DNA of 63,876 nucleotides, filler included, from Candidatus Tectimicrobiota bacterium (GTDB lineage Bacteria; JACPSX01), in NCBI GenBank assembly GCA_016193065.1. It is 10 parts of 10 records of this genome, joined end to end, with 100 filler letters (N's around TTAATTAATTAA, not from the genome) between each part and the next. Parts side by side here need not be neighbours in the genome. Positions count along the whole stretch, not along the records: positions 11,279 to 24,192 come from JACPSX010000230.1; 9 more parts are not named here. One strand, written 5' to 3'. This document shows positions 11,411 to 23,171 of the stretch, in pieces. Positions within the stretch are counted from its first letter, which is position 1, and each line of letters begins with the position of its first letter. Under the pieces are notes generated by a model, which had not been told where the DNA came from, ran no database searches, and worked only from the letters and a program-made list of their open reading frames with translations. Both the position numbers and the translations under genes were made by a program.

Positions 11411-11441
11411 GCTGATAGCTGAGAGCTGACTGCTGAACGCT
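11411..11441 (+). repeat. Short heptamer tandem repeat (GCTGANN x4)
   Basis: gctgata gctgaga gctgact gctgaac gct; inverted units at about 11358-11370. Confidence 0.7.
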
Positions 11442-11528
11442 CTCGCCCCAAGCGAGAGCTGGAATTGACAAAGGTTGCGGTCGCTGTTATCGTACGGCCA
11501 ATCCGCGTTCCAGTTGTAAGGAGAAGCC

Positions 11529-12440
11529 ATGTCCGTTCTGGCGGTGGGATCCATTGCTTTCGATACAGTGAAGACCCCCTTCGGTTCCGCTCAGGAGGTA
11601 CTGGGCGGCTCTGCTGTCTACTTCTCCCTGGCCGCGAGCTACTTCACCTCCGTAAACCTCGTCGGGGTCGTCGGGGAGGATTTCCAGGAATCCCATCTCC
11701 AGGTCTTGCAGGAGCGGGGGATTGATCTGCAGGGACTCGAGACGGGGCCGGGGAAGACGTTTCGCTGGAGCGGCGTCTACTCTTACGACCTCAACGAACG
11801 GGAAACCCTCGACACACAGTTAAACGTCTTCGCCGACTTCCGGCCCAAGATTCCCGAACTGTACCGGGACTGCCGCTACCTTTTCCTGGGCAATATCGAC
11901 CCCGACCTGCAATGGGACATCTTGCAACAGGTCCGCAAGCCGGACTTCATCAGCCTGGACACCATGAACTACTGGATCGAACACAAGCGAGAGTCCCTAT
12001 TGCGCGCCCTCTCCGCAGTCCACCTCCTCACTTTGAACGACGGGGAGGCAAGGCAGATCTCCGAGGAGGTGAATCTGGTCAAGGCTTCCCGTAAGATTTT
12101 GGAGCTCGGCCCCCGGATCGTGATCATCAAGCGCGGGGAGTACGGGGCTTTAATGTTCACCGATTCGACCCTGTTCTGTGCTCCGGGCTACCCGCTGGAG
12201 TTCGTCTACGACCCAACCGGGGCGGGAGACAGCTTTGCCGGAGGGCTGTGCGGGTATTTGGCCAACCTGGATAATGTCTGCGACAGCACGCTCCGGCAGG
12301 CCATCATTTTCGGCAGCACGATGGCCTCCTTTTGCGTGGAGGCGTTCAGCGTGCAGCGGCTCCGCAACCTGACATATGCCGAGATTCTGGAGCGCTACCG
12401 GCAGTTCCGGCATCTTACGCACTTCGATGACGTGCCCTGA
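11529..12440 (+). CDS. PfkB family sugar/nucleoside kinase
   Basis: GGSAVY at the N-terminus, DPTGAGDSFAGG signature. Confidence 0.92.
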   Translation: MSVLAVGSIAFDTVKTPFGSAQEVLGGSAVYFSLAASYFTSVNLVGVVGEDFQESHLQVLQERGIDLQGLETGPGKTFRWSGVYSYDLNERETLDTQLNVFADFRPKIPELYRDCRYLFLGNIDPDLQWDILQQVRKPDFISLDTMNYWIEHKRESLLRALSAVHLLTLNDGEARQISEEVNLVKASRKILELGPRIVIIKRGEYGALMFTDSTLFCAPGYPLEFVYDPTGAGDSFAGGLCGYLANLDNVCDSTLRQAIIFGSTMASFCVEAFSVQRLRNLTYAEILERYRQFRHLTHFDDVP

Positions 12441-12582
12441 CCCCGATCCGAAAGAAGACCCCGGAGCAGAATCCCAACATGGGGCCCGGCCTTCCCTTCC
12501 CCCCTCTGAGGGGTGGGAGTCGATTTAATGATGCTCGGATGGGCTCGGGGCTCATGACGATCTCGGATCGGGGCTGACCTCC

Positions 12583-13137
12583 ATGCTCCGCGTCATCACC
12601 GGCAGCGCCAAGGGGAGAAAGCTTAAGGTCCCCAGGGGCCATTCCGTGCGGCCAACCCCCGAGATTGCCCGAGGGGCCCTGTTCAATATTCTGGGCGAGA
12701 CGGTTACAGGCAGCCGCTTCCTGGATCTCTTCGCCGGCAGTGGGAGCATCGGGATCGAGGCCCTCAGCCGGGGCGCTTCCTACGCCGCCTTTGTGGAGCT
12801 TAACCCCAGCGTCTGCAAGATCTTAGCCCAAAATCTGGAGCGCTGCGGGTTCACCCCGGTCAGCCGGATCTATTCCCTGGATGCTGTGGCCTTCCTCCCC
12901 ATCTTGCTGCGCTCCGAGGCCCCTTTCGACGTCGTCTTCCTGGACCCTCCATACGAGGGGACCTTCTGTCAGAAATTTTTGACTCAACTCCCCCAATATG
13001 ATATCGTTACGGACACCGGGCTGGTGGTTGCCCAGCATTTCTTTAAGTGTAAGGAGCTGGAGAGTTTCTCTCCTTACCATCTGCAGAGGAGACAGAGGTT
13101 TGGCGATACCGTGCTGTCGTTTTTTTCCAGGAGTTGA
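12583..13137 (+). CDS. rsmD: 16S rRNA m2G966 methyltransferase
   Basis: RVITGSAKGRKL, RPT, LDLFAGSGSIGIEALSRGA, FLDPPY. Confidence 0.93.
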   Translation: MLRVITGSAKGRKLKVPRGHSVRPTPEIARGALFNILGETVTGSRFLDLFAGSGSIGIEALSRGASYAAFVELNPSVCKILAQNLERCGFTPVSRIYSLDAVAFLPILLRSEAPFDVVFLDPPYEGTFCQKFLTQLPQYDIVTDTGLVVAQHFFKCKELESFSPYHLQRRQRFGDTVLSFFSRS

Positions 13138-13312
13138 AGGGGGCTACCAGGTTCCTGCCGGTTCTCTCGCCCATTTCGCCCCCGGTGATCGCCAATCTCA
13201 CCTCATCCTACGCAAGCCTATCTAAAGACTTTGTTCCCGCAGGCCGAATCTTTCTCAACCAGAGTTTACGCATACGGATTTGCCGGGCATCACATAGGGA
13301 GGGAAAACCAAA

Positions 13313-14845
<1,533 letters not shown>

Positions 14846-14962
14846 TGAGGAGGGGGGACATTTCCGCCCTCCGAGCACACCCCGGTGCGCCCTCGCAGCG
14901 CTTCCTCCCCCAGGGGGCGCTGCGGCCCGCCGGGTCCTCGAGTCTCAAGAGGTGCAGGCCCT

Positions 14963-15544
14963 ATGATTCCCGTAGAGAAGTTTCGCCAAGCCCTCTCCCA
15001 GTTCCGCAAGGAGACCTTCACCCAGCCCGGCTGGGTTCCGGCAGCGGTCCTCCTCCCCCTCTACCTGAAGGATAAGGACTGGCACGTCCTCCTCACCCGG
15101 CGGACTGACAAGGTGGTGCACCATAAAGGGCAGATCTCGTTTCCCGGCGGGGCCTACGAAGAGGTGGACCGGAACCTGCTGGAGACAGCTCTGCGGGAGT
15201 GCCAGGAGGAGATCGGGCTGAATCCCCAAGACGCGGTGATCCTGGGGGAGCTCGACGACTTGCCGACCATCACGAACTTCGTCATCTCCCCCTACGTGGC
15301 TTCCATCCCTTACCCCTATCCCTTCGCCGTCAACACCGATGAAATTGACGAACTGATCGAGGTTTCCCTGAAATCACTCCTCAGGAAGGACGCCTTTGAG
15401 CTCATGGGACAGGCCACCCGCCAGGGGCACAAACTCTACCGCTTCCGCCACGAGAACTATGAAATCTGGGGAGCCACCGCGATGATCTTGAAGCAGTTCA
15501 TGGACGCGATCCGCGACGAGATCGAACCAGCCACCTCAGGCTGA
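14963..15544 (+). CDS. Nudix CoA pyrophosphatase (NudL/PCD1-like)
   Basis: AAVLLPL, LLTRR, HKGQISFPGG, ALRECQEEIG, IWGATA. Confidence 0.92.
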   Translation: MIPVEKFRQALSQFRKETFTQPGWVPAAVLLPLYLKDKDWHVLLTRRTDKVVHHKGQISFPGGAYEEVDRNLLETALRECQEEIGLNPQDAVILGELDDLPTITNFVISPYVASIPYPYPFAVNTDEIDELIEVSLKSLLRKDAFELMGQATRQGHKLYRFRHENYEIWGATAMILKQFMDAIRDEIEPATSG

Positions 15545-15563
15545 GAGCTACCCGGGGCAGCCT

Positions 15564-16568
15564 TCAGGCGACACCCACCGCCACATCCCCGCCCGTTCGT
15601 CCACCAGCCTTTTCCAGCCTTCTCTTTTCTCCCAGGCTCAACTGGAATTGCCGCCACCTTGTGAACATCTGGGAAATTACTTGGAAATCCTGCTCGTTGT
15701 CCACATCAAGGGCCGCCCCTCCGAAACTGGTCTCCACGCTGGTCAGACGGGTGCCAAGGAACTTGCCTGCATACTCCTCCAAGCTCCGCAAGCTGACCAA
15801 ACGGCGCGTGTAGAAAGACAGGCGGTTGAGCGACATGCGCATGAGCACCCGGGACAACTGCATGAGGGTGTACGCCCTCAGCGCCCGCAACGAGGAAGGG
15901 AGTCGTAGAAGTTCCCAGGCGGAATAGAGGATGTTCAACAGGTGTTTTTGATAGCGGTACTGATACACCTTGGCGATGAAGTAGCGGTTACGAATCCGCA
16001 AGGGTTTAACCAGGTGCAGGTTATTGATGCGGAAGTACCCCTCCCGAAAGGCGAAGTAAGCCATCTGGATCCCAGGGACGCCAGAGCGAGGGTAATAAGG
16101 TTCGAGATATTCCTCCCGGGTGAGTCCCACAAAATAATCATAGCTCTCCAAGGAGCACTTGCTGAGAAATTCGTCAATCTCCTCAGGGATCAGTAAGGGG
16201 GTGTCCCCGGGAACGATGAGAACGGCCTGGTCTCGAACGGGGGAATTGGCAGGCAGCGCATTCGGGTGCTGGACCCCCAGAACGCCCCGGATCCCGGTCC
16301 AGACGTTCCTGTAGAGAGTCCTCTTTTGGTTGAAAATTCTCCGCAACTTGGTCGCCTTGGGCAGGATCTGTGACTTCCCTAGAGCCTTCTCGATCCGGTT
16401 CTGCGGGCCCACCACGTAGATGGCGTCGACCCCGGAGGCCTCTTGCAGAGCCATGAGGACGTGTGCGATCAGAGGGACACCCTGGATTTCCAGAAGAGCC
16501 TTGTTTTCCCCCTTCACCTTGCGGCTGCCGGCGGAGTCTCCGGCCAGAATGATGGCATCAAAACCCAT
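15564..16568 (-). CDS. MobA-like nucleotidyltransferase family protein, function unknown
   Basis: AIILAG...NKALL N-terminus, GDTPL, LDVDNEQD. Confidence 0.75.
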   Translation of the reverse strand: MGFDAIILAGDSAGSRKVKGENKALLEIQGVPLIAHVLMALQEASGVDAIYVVGPQNRIEKALGKSQILPKATKLRRIFNQKRTLYRNVWTGIRGVLGVQHPNALPANSPVRDQAVLIVPGDTPLLIPEEIDEFLSKCSLESYDYFVGLTREEYLEPYYPRSGVPGIQMAYFAFREGYFRINNLHLVKPLRIRNRYFIAKVYQYRYQKHLLNILYSAWELLRLPSSLRALRAYTLMQLSRVLMRMSLNRLSFYTRRLVSLRSLEEYAGKFLGTRLTSVETSFGGAALDVDNEQDFQVISQMFTRWRQFQLSLGEKRRLEKAGGRTGGDVAVGVA

Positions 16569-16773
16569 TGTGCGCCCGCCCCACTATGACGGCTGTCAAT
16601 CCCCGCGTAACGCCCCCAAGGCATCGGCCTTCCCCGGGGGGTCCTGGCTTGTAATAACCAAGAGAGGATATCTTGTCAAGGTCTCACACATAAATCCAAT
16701 CCGAAATTCCCCGTCGGGGTCACTCGACGTTGGCACGCGGGTGGCGTCGGGGATGCCTCCGCAGAGCCGCGCC

Positions 16774-16859
16774 GGGTACCCGCCTTGCGGGTGCGGGACC
16801 CTCGTCAGGGTGACGTAGCGCGGTTCGAGGAGGCGCCCCGGGTACCCGCTTGGCGGGTG
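16774..16859. repeat. Two GGGTACCCGC-nnn-GCGGGTG hairpins (family also at 22374, 28448, 38216, 38327, 53000, 60522)
   Basis: Recurrent ~20-bp hairpin with variable loop in intergenic DNA. Confidence 0.8.
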
Positions 16860-16916
16860 TCAGGCCCTGCGGGCCAAGTCCTGGAGAACACGGGATGGAA
16901 GATTGCGGGGAAAAAC

Positions 16917-17639
16917 TCACGGGGCAGGCTTCCACAGGCGGGAGCCAACGAGCCAGCCGGCGCTGCCTATCACGACCAGGGCACTGACGAGCTGGGCCAC
17001 TCGCCAAGAACCCAGCATGAGGCTGTCGGCTCGGAAGGATTCGATCACCGCCCGACCGACGGAGTAGAGGATCAAGCACAGAACCCCGAAGATCGCCAGG
17101 TCCCACACCAATTCGTAGAGCATGGTCGGGTGCAAGCGGACGGGACCAAATTGCCTTCCCGCGATGCTCTCGGGGGGGAAAACGATCCCCCAGGGCAGAT
17201 TGGTAGGTACCCCGTGGGCGTCCCCGTTCATGAAATTCCCGAAGCGGCCAAAGGCCTGGGCCAAAGCAACCATCGGGACACAGGTGTCCGCCATTTGCAG
17301 AAACGCGAGGCCGTGCTTTCGCACAAACCAGAGTCCGGCCAGAACGCCCGCCATGAGCCCGCCGTGAATCGCCAGCCCCCCGTGCCAGAGAGCGGGGATT
17401 TCAGCAGGGTTGCGGGAGTAGTAGTCCCAATTAAAGATCACGTAGTAGATCCGGCCTCCCAGGATCCCCGCAAAGACCACGAGGAGGACGAGATTTACCT
17501 GGGAATCCTCGGAAAGGGGGAGATTGAGGCGCCGGGATTCCCTGCGCAGCAGGTAAATACCCGCCAGGGTACCGAGGACGTACATGAGGCCGTAGTAGCG
17601 AATTACGAACGGCCCAATCTGGATCAGAACGGGGTCCAC
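16917..17639 (-). CDS. lgt: Prolipoprotein diacylglyceryl transferase, with apparent short in-frame internal deletion
   Basis: IRYYGLMY, GGLAIHGG, GRFGNFMNG, HPTMLYE; expected loop before YSVGR is missing. Confidence 0.92.
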   Translation of the reverse strand: MDPVLIQIGPFVIRYYGLMYVLGTLAGIYLLRRESRRLNLPLSEDSQVNLVLLVVFAGILGGRIYYVIFNWDYYSRNPAEIPALWHGGLAIHGGLMAGVLAGLWFVRKHGLAFLQMADTCVPMVALAQAFGRFGNFMNGDAHGVPTNLPWGIVFPPESIAGRQFGPVRLHPTMLYELVWDLAIFGVLCLILYSVGRAVIESFRADSLMLGSWRVAQLVSALVVIGSAGWLVGSRLWKPAP

Positions 17640-17662
17640 AGAATTCCGGTGCGCCTCTCCAA

Positions 17663-19156
17663 TCAGCCGGTGCGCTTGACCACCAGAAAGAGCCCGCGAT
17701 CTTTACGCTTCACGTAAAAGACCAGGCTGTCCTTTCCCTTTGCTTTCTCCAACCGGGCTTTGTATTCCTTCAGGTTCGATACCTTCTCCCGATTTACTTC
17801 CTGGATTACATCTCCTTCCTGAATCCCCGCCCGGCTCGCGGCGCTGCCCTCCTGGACTTCCGAGACCACCACACCCCGCGCCTCGCCGAGGCCCAAGTCT
17901 TGCGCCAGTGCCGGGGTGATATCCTCCAAAACCATCCCGAATTCTTCTCGACTCTTCTGAGGGGTGGGAGAGCTCGCCAGCTTTTCGTCGGTCATTTCCG
18001 TCAGCCGGACCGTGAGGCGGACTTCCTTGCCGTCGCGGAAGACCGCGAGGTCGACCGTTGACCCGATTGGAGTCCCAGCCACCACCCGCTGGAGTTCGCG
18101 CACATCCTTGACCTCTTTGCCGTTGAAACGGACAATAATGTCTCCCCTCTTGACTCCGGCCTTGTCCGCCGGTTCGCCTTCCATGACCGACGTGACCAGA
18201 GCTCCCCGGGGAGCGCCCATTCCGAAAGAAGACGCCAGCTCCTCGTTGACCGACTGGATGCTCACCCCCAGCCAGCCGCGTTTTACTTTTCCCGATTCTC
18301 TGAGCTGCGGCAGCAGATCCTTCACCATGTTGACCGGCATGGCAAAGCCGATCCCCTGACCCGTGGAAATAATGGCCGTGTTGATCCCGACGACCTCCCC
18401 GCGGATATTGAAGAGCGGGCCGCCGCTGTTGCCCGGATTAATGGAGGCATCGGTCTGAATGTAGTTGTCGTAAGGTCCGGCCCCGATGACCCGCCCCTTG
18501 GCGCTCACGATCCCGGCCGTCACGGAGTGTTCAAAGCCGAAAGGATTGCCAATGGCCAATACCCACTCACCGACGTCCAGGTTGTCCGAATCCCCCAGGG
18601 CAGCGACGGGGAACGGTCCCTTCCCCTTGATCCGGATCAGGGCCAGGTCGGTCTTGGAATCCCGGCCCACCACCTCCGCCTCGTATTCCTTCTCATTGGC
18701 CAGCTTGACCTGGATCTCATCCGTGTCTTCAATGACGTGATTGTTGGTAACGACGTAGCCCTCTTGATTGATGATGAAACCCGAGCCCAAGCTTCTCTGC
18801 CGGAACTCCCGGGGCGGGTTGTCGCCAAAGAACCTCTCGAAAAAGTCGTGAAATGGATTCTGGCGTCCGAACGGATCCTGGGGGCGGGGAGTACGCGGAG
18901 TACGGGGACGTCCCTTGACGAGTTTTGCAGTACTGATGTTCACCACGCTCGGCTTGAGCTTCTTTACCAGTTCAGAAAAACTCGGAAGAGGATCTCCCGG
19001 ATTGCGGACGGGTACGAGCGAGGACCCCTCGGTCCAGAGTTTCTCGGCCCGCAGGCGGGTAGTGAGATTTGACTGTGAGGAGATCAGGAGACCCAGGATC
19101 AAAAAACCCAATGCGACCAGGATCACGGACTTCATCCCGAACTGCTTCTTTGCCAT
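17663..19156 (-). CDS. degP: DegP/DegQ (Do family) serine protease with two PDZ domains
   Basis: SLGSGFII, TNNHV, DLALI, TDASINPGNSGGPL, RGWLGV. Confidence 0.93.
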   Translation of the reverse strand: MAKKQFGMKSVILVALGFLILGLLISSQSNLTTRLRAEKLWTEGSSLVPVRNPGDPLPSFSELVKKLKPSVVNISTAKLVKGRPRTPRTPRPQDPFGRQNPFHDFFERFFGDNPPREFRQRSLGSGFIINQEGYVVTNNHVIEDTDEIQVKLANEKEYEAEVVGRDSKTDLALIRIKGKGPFPVAALGDSDNLDVGEWVLAIGNPFGFEHSVTAGIVSAKGRVIGAGPYDNYIQTDASINPGNSGGPLFNIRGEVVGINTAIISTGQGIGFAMPVNMVKDLLPQLRESGKVKRGWLGVSIQSVNEELASSFGMGAPRGALVTSVMEGEPADKAGVKRGDIIVRFNGKEVKDVRELQRVVAGTPIGSTVDLAVFRDGKEVRLTVRLTEMTDEKLASSPTPQKSREEFGMVLEDITPALAQDLGLGEARGVVVSEVQEGSAASRAGIQEGDVIQEVNREKVSNLKEYKARLEKAKGKDSLVFYVKRKDRGLFLVVKRTG

Positions 19157-19235
19157 CACATACTCCTCCGCCACCGCGCCATTCTCTGCTCCTTTATTTC
19201 CTGTTCCTGTCTCCGACCACTTGCCCTTATAGGCT

Positions 19236-20591
19236 TCAACGGGACTCCACCGGAGCCCCTTCGTCCAGATGAATCTTGGCTTCGGCCTCTTTCCCCACCA
19301 CGACCAGCACAAAAGTCTCCGGATGCAGGTACGATCGGGCGGCCTTTAAAACATCCTCGCGGGTCACGGCAGCCAGGCGGCGGGGAAACTCTTCGAAGTA
19401 GTTTAAACCCAGTTCATGAAATTCCACATAGGTCAGGTAATCCGCGATCTTCGCGTTGGAATCCAGGCGCAAGGGGAAGCTCCCCGTGAGATAGTCCTTG
19501 GCTTCCTGCAATTCCTCTGCGCGGACCAATTCCTGCCTGATCTTTCTCATTTCCCGGAGGGATTCGCGGATGGCCTCGTTCGCCGTTGAATTCTTGGTCT
19601 GCAGGCTGACATGAAAGGCTCCCGTCGCATACTTGGTGTCGAAGGCGCTGCCGACGCTGTAAGCCAGGCCCCGTTCATCCCGGATGTTGGTTAATAGACG
19701 GGACGAGAATCCTCCCCCTCCCAAAATATAATTCATGATGAAGACCGCGTAATAATCGGGATTGCCGCGCCGGATCCCCGGGTGCCCCAGGATAATGTTG
19801 GCCTGGGTCAGGTCCTTGTCAATCACCTTCACGACCGGAGAGGAGGGAACCGGCAGCTGAGCGGCCGCGATGGGGGGGACATCTTTGCGCACCCAGGTTC
19901 CCAGATATTTCTCAGCCAGGGCCCGCGTTTCCTCGACACTCACGTCGCCCACAATCGCCACAATGGCGGCGTTGGGGCGGTAATAGGTCTCGTGAAAGCG
20001 GACGATGTCCTCCCGGGTGATGCCCGGAATGGTGGTTTCCAGCCCTTCCGTGGGAAGGCCGTAGGGGTGGCCCCCGTACACAATCTGGGAAAACACCTTG
20101 TCGGCCACTTTGCCCGGATCGTCCTTATCGTGGATGATCTCCGAGAGAGTCTCGCTGCGCTGGCGCTCGATCTCTTCGGGAAGGAAAGCCGGTTGGAGCA
20201 GGATGTCGCTGAACAGATCCATCCCCAGAGCCACGTCCTTCTTTAGGACCTTCAGCGTGACCAGCGCATAATCCTCGTCGCTTGCCGCTCCCAACTCCCC
20301 CCCGACAAAATCGATGGCTTCCGAGATCTCCCGGGCGCTCCTCTGCAGCGTGCCCCGGGTCAGCAGCCGGGCAACCATGTGAGAGAGTCCGGTCTTTCCC
20401 GCCGGATCAAAGACCGAACCGGCCCGCAGCCGCATGCTGACGTAGACGATCGGCAGGGTCGGGCGCGGGTAGGTCAGCAGGACGACCCCGTTGGAGAGGA
20501 CGGTCCGATCAATCGTGCCGAGTGAAAATGACATGGTGGGAAACGCCGCAAGGGCGAGAAGAGAGATTAAAGACCAACGCAGACATTTCAT
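19236..20591 (-). CDS. M16B peptidase, non-catalytic partner subunit
   Basis: No HxxEH; GGGGFSSRL, RDERGLAY; signal peptide. Confidence 0.9.
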   Translation of the reverse strand: MKCLRWSLISLLALAAFPTMSFSLGTIDRTVLSNGVVLLTYPRPTLPIVYVSMRLRAGSVFDPAGKTGLSHMVARLLTRGTLQRSAREISEAIDFVGGELGAASDEDYALVTLKVLKKDVALGMDLFSDILLQPAFLPEEIERQRSETLSEIIHDKDDPGKVADKVFSQIVYGGHPYGLPTEGLETTIPGITREDIVRFHETYYRPNAAIVAIVGDVSVEETRALAEKYLGTWVRKDVPPIAAAQLPVPSSPVVKVIDKDLTQANIILGHPGIRRGNPDYYAVFIMNYILGGGGFSSRLLTNIRDERGLAYSVGSAFDTKYATGAFHVSLQTKNSTANEAIRESLREMRKIRQELVRAEELQEAKDYLTGSFPLRLDSNAKIADYLTYVEFHELGLNYFEEFPRRLAAVTREDVLKAARSYLHPETFVLVVVGKEAEAKIHLDEGAPVESR

Positions 20592-20612
20592 TCATCACTG
20601 CTCCCGACGGGC

Positions 20613-21980
20613 CTAGAAGCCCGGCCCGGACGACGATTTTTCTTTCTTTTCCGGAATCAGGATTCCGACCGTACGGTTTTCGGGGGTGAAATAGGTGCGG
20701 GCCACCCTCATCAGATCCTCCTTGGTGACCTTGCGGATGTTGGGCACGAAGCTCTCCAAAGCACGGTATCCAACCCCGATCGTCTCCAGGATCCCGATTT
20801 GCATGGCCTGGTAGAAGTTGGAGTCCCTCCCGAAGATGAAGGCCGCTTCGATCTGGTTCTTCGCCTTTTCCAGTTCCTGATCGTTGACCGGTTCCCGTTT
20901 CAGACGCTCAATTTCCTCCAGGATGCCCCGCTCCAATTCCTCCACCTTGCGCTCCGGGCGCAGCCCTCCGTAAAAATAAAAGAGGGTGGGGTCCGCAGAT
21001 ACCCGAGCATAGTCCCCCCCCACATAGGAAGCCATCTGGGTCTCGTAGACAAACTTCCTGTACAGGCGTGAGCTCTCCCCCTGGGAGACGATCTTCTCAA
21101 GCACCTCCAGGGCGTACTCGTCCGGATGTCCGATGTTGGGCACATGGTAAGCAACCATCAAGAAGGGAAGCTGGGCCTCTTTTTTGACATGGATGCGGCG
21201 CTCCCCCAGTTGGAGGGGCTCCTTGGAGAGAACCTTGGGCGGCACGGGACCCCGCGGGATTTTCCCGAAGTGCTCGCGGATGTTGGGAAGAATTTCCTCG
21301 GCATTCACGTCCCCCACCAGCACCACGGTGCTGTTATTCGGGGAATAGTAAAGCTTGTAGTAAGAACGCAAGGCCTCCACGGTCATGGCATCCAGATCAC
21401 TCATCCAGCCAATCACGGGAGAGCCGTACGGGTGGACCTTGTAAGCCGCCGCATAGACTTCTTCCACTACAGTGGCAACCGGATCATCTTCAGTGCGCAA
21501 GCGACGCTCCTCCTTGACCACATCCCGCTCCAGTTGAAACTCGCGCTCGTCCAGGAGGAGATTCGCCATGCGATCCGATTCCAACTCCACGGAGAGGGCC
21601 AGACGATCGCTGGAAAAGCGCTCAAAGTAAGCCGTGTAGTCCTTCCCCGTGAAGGCGTTTTCATTGCCACCGTTTCTGGCAATGATCCGTGAGAACTCCC
21701 CCTTTCCATGCTGCTGAGTCCCTTTAAACATCATATGTTCGAGAAGATGGGAGATCCCCGTACGGCCCGTTACCTCATTTCGGGCCCCCACTTTGTACCA
21801 GACCTGGAAGGTCGCGGTTGGCGAACTGTGATCCTCAAGGATGATGACCTTGAGACCGTTGTCCAGGAGAAACTCCTTGATTTCCTGATTCTTAGCCAGT
21901 ACAGGCTCTGTCGTCAAAAGGGACATCACGAGCTGCAATCCCCCCAAAATAACGGTTGTAAAGCGTCTCAAGTTCCGCAC
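20613..21980 (-). CDS. M16B zinc peptidase, catalytic subunit
   Basis: HLLEHMMFKGT, NAFT, ESDRM, EERR. Confidence 0.93.
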   Translation of the reverse strand: MRNLRRFTTVILGGLQLVMSLLTTEPVLAKNQEIKEFLLDNGLKVIILEDHSSPTATFQVWYKVGARNEVTGRTGISHLLEHMMFKGTQQHGKGEFSRIIARNGGNENAFTGKDYTAYFERFSSDRLALSVELESDRMANLLLDEREFQLERDVVKEERRLRTEDDPVATVVEEVYAAAYKVHPYGSPVIGWMSDLDAMTVEALRSYYKLYYSPNNSTVVLVGDVNAEEILPNIREHFGKIPRGPVPPKVLSKEPLQLGERRIHVKKEAQLPFLMVAYHVPNIGHPDEYALEVLEKIVSQGESSRLYRKFVYETQMASYVGGDYARVSADPTLFYFYGGLRPERKVEELERGILEEIERLKREPVNDQELEKAKNQIEAAFIFGRDSNFYQAMQIGILETIGVGYRALESFVPNIRKVTKEDLMRVARTYFTPENRTVGILIPEKKEKSSSGPGF

Positions 21981-22091
21981 CAGAATCCTCGCAACGGGTT
22001 CAAGCTAATATATTCACCAGGCATTTTCAACGTGTTTTTCCCGCTTGCCCCCCCCTTCAGCTTGTCAGAGCTTGCGACGAGAGGAAGGGGA

Positions 22092-22264
22092 GGGACCGGG
22101 GTGCCCCTTGGGGCTCCAGTAAACTTTTGCGCAGCAGGGCGATTTGAGTTCGAGGGTGTTTGGACGGCAGGGAGGTTTCACCATTCGGGAGGGCGGCACC
22201 TGCAAAACTTTAAGTCGCCCTACGGGGCACACNNNNNNNNNNNNNNNNNNNNNNACCCGGTCCC
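22092..22264 (+). mobile_element. MITE-like element A, about 150 bp, copy 1 (contains the 22-N gap)
   Basis: Imperfect TIRs GGGACCGGGGTGCCCC / GGGGCACACCCGGTCCC; homologous to 50786-50959 and 60693-60841 (-). Confidence 0.75.
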
Positions 22265-22285
22265 TATTCTACCCGAGTAATACAA

Positions 22286-22456
22286 GGTCGCCTGCGGGGG
22301 CTACCCCCTCGGAGAGAGAGTATCAAGGGGACTGGCCCTCCCGCCCCGAGCGAAACTGCCGGGAGCAGCGCAACACCCGCAAAGCGGGTACCCGGAAGCG
22401 AAGGGCGGGAGGCAGTCCCCTTGCTATGGATTCGCAAGAACTGGGGGTTGGCAAGG
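22286..22456 (+). repeat. Dispersed repeat modules B and C
   Basis: 22339-22394 is identical over 56 nt to 38181-38236; 22395-22456 resembles 38396-38455 and 47361-47421 (-). Confidence 0.85.
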
Positions 22457-22639
22457 TTTTTCCGGGGCCGCTGCAGTCCCGCCGGGCCCTGAGCCCTTGG
22501 CTGTATGTTCGCGGAACGCACCCCCTCGCTTCCGGCCCGCAACCCCCAAGCTATTGACAATGCCCCTTTTATTGCCTATATTTCGTGGCATAACGGACCT
22601 AGGAAGGCGACGAATCGCACGACACCAAAGGAGGTTCCT

Positions 22640-23158
22640 GTGACTTGGTCTTACGAGGAAGAGGGGGCCGTTTTGGAGATGAAGGTGAAGGGGTTGACGC
22701 TGGACCCCCTGACCAACATGCCCATAGTGATTCTAAAGGATCTGGACGAGAAAAGAGCCTTGCCGATTTGGGTGGGCATCTTTGAGGCCAACGCCATTGC
22801 CCTGGAGATGGAACACGTTTCAACCCCTCGCCCGATGACCCATGATCTGATCAAGAACATCCTGGAGGGGATCAGTGCCAAGGTAAACCGGATCATCGTC
22901 AACGATCTCAAGGACAACACCTTCTACGCGATTATCTCCTTGAGTCTCAACGGCTCCGATTATACCATTGATTCCCGCCCCAGCGACGCCATCGCCCTCG
23001 CCCTGAGAGCAGGAGCCCCGATCTACGTAGCCCGCAAGGTCCTGGACGAGGCCAAGAGTATCGATCTCACCGACCAACCGTCCCCGGACGACACGGAAAA
23101 ATGGAAGGAGTGGATTGAAAATCTCAAACCGGAGGATTTTGGGAAGTACGAGGTGTAG
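22640..23158 (+). CDS. Bifunctional nuclease family protein (DUF151)
   Basis: [39 protein letters not shown]. Confidence 0.92.
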   Translation: MTWSYEEEGAVLEMKVKGLTLDPLTNMPIVILKDLDEKRALPIWVGIFEANAIALEMEHVSTPRPMTHDLIKNILEGISAKVNRIIVNDLKDNTFYAIISLSLNGSDYTIDSRPSDAIALALRAGAPIYVARKVLDEAKSIDLTDQPSPDDTEKWKEWIENLKPEDFGKYEV

Positions 23159-23171
23159 CGGCTTCTTCCGG

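Noticed and set aside
13138-13312. Leucine attenuator upstream of leuA
   Set aside because: No Leu-rich leader peptide or terminator/antiterminator pair found
16700-16900. GC-rich structured region as SRP, 6S or riboswitch RNA
   Set aside because: No SRP domain IV or other diagnostic motif seen; partly explained by dispersed hairpin repeats
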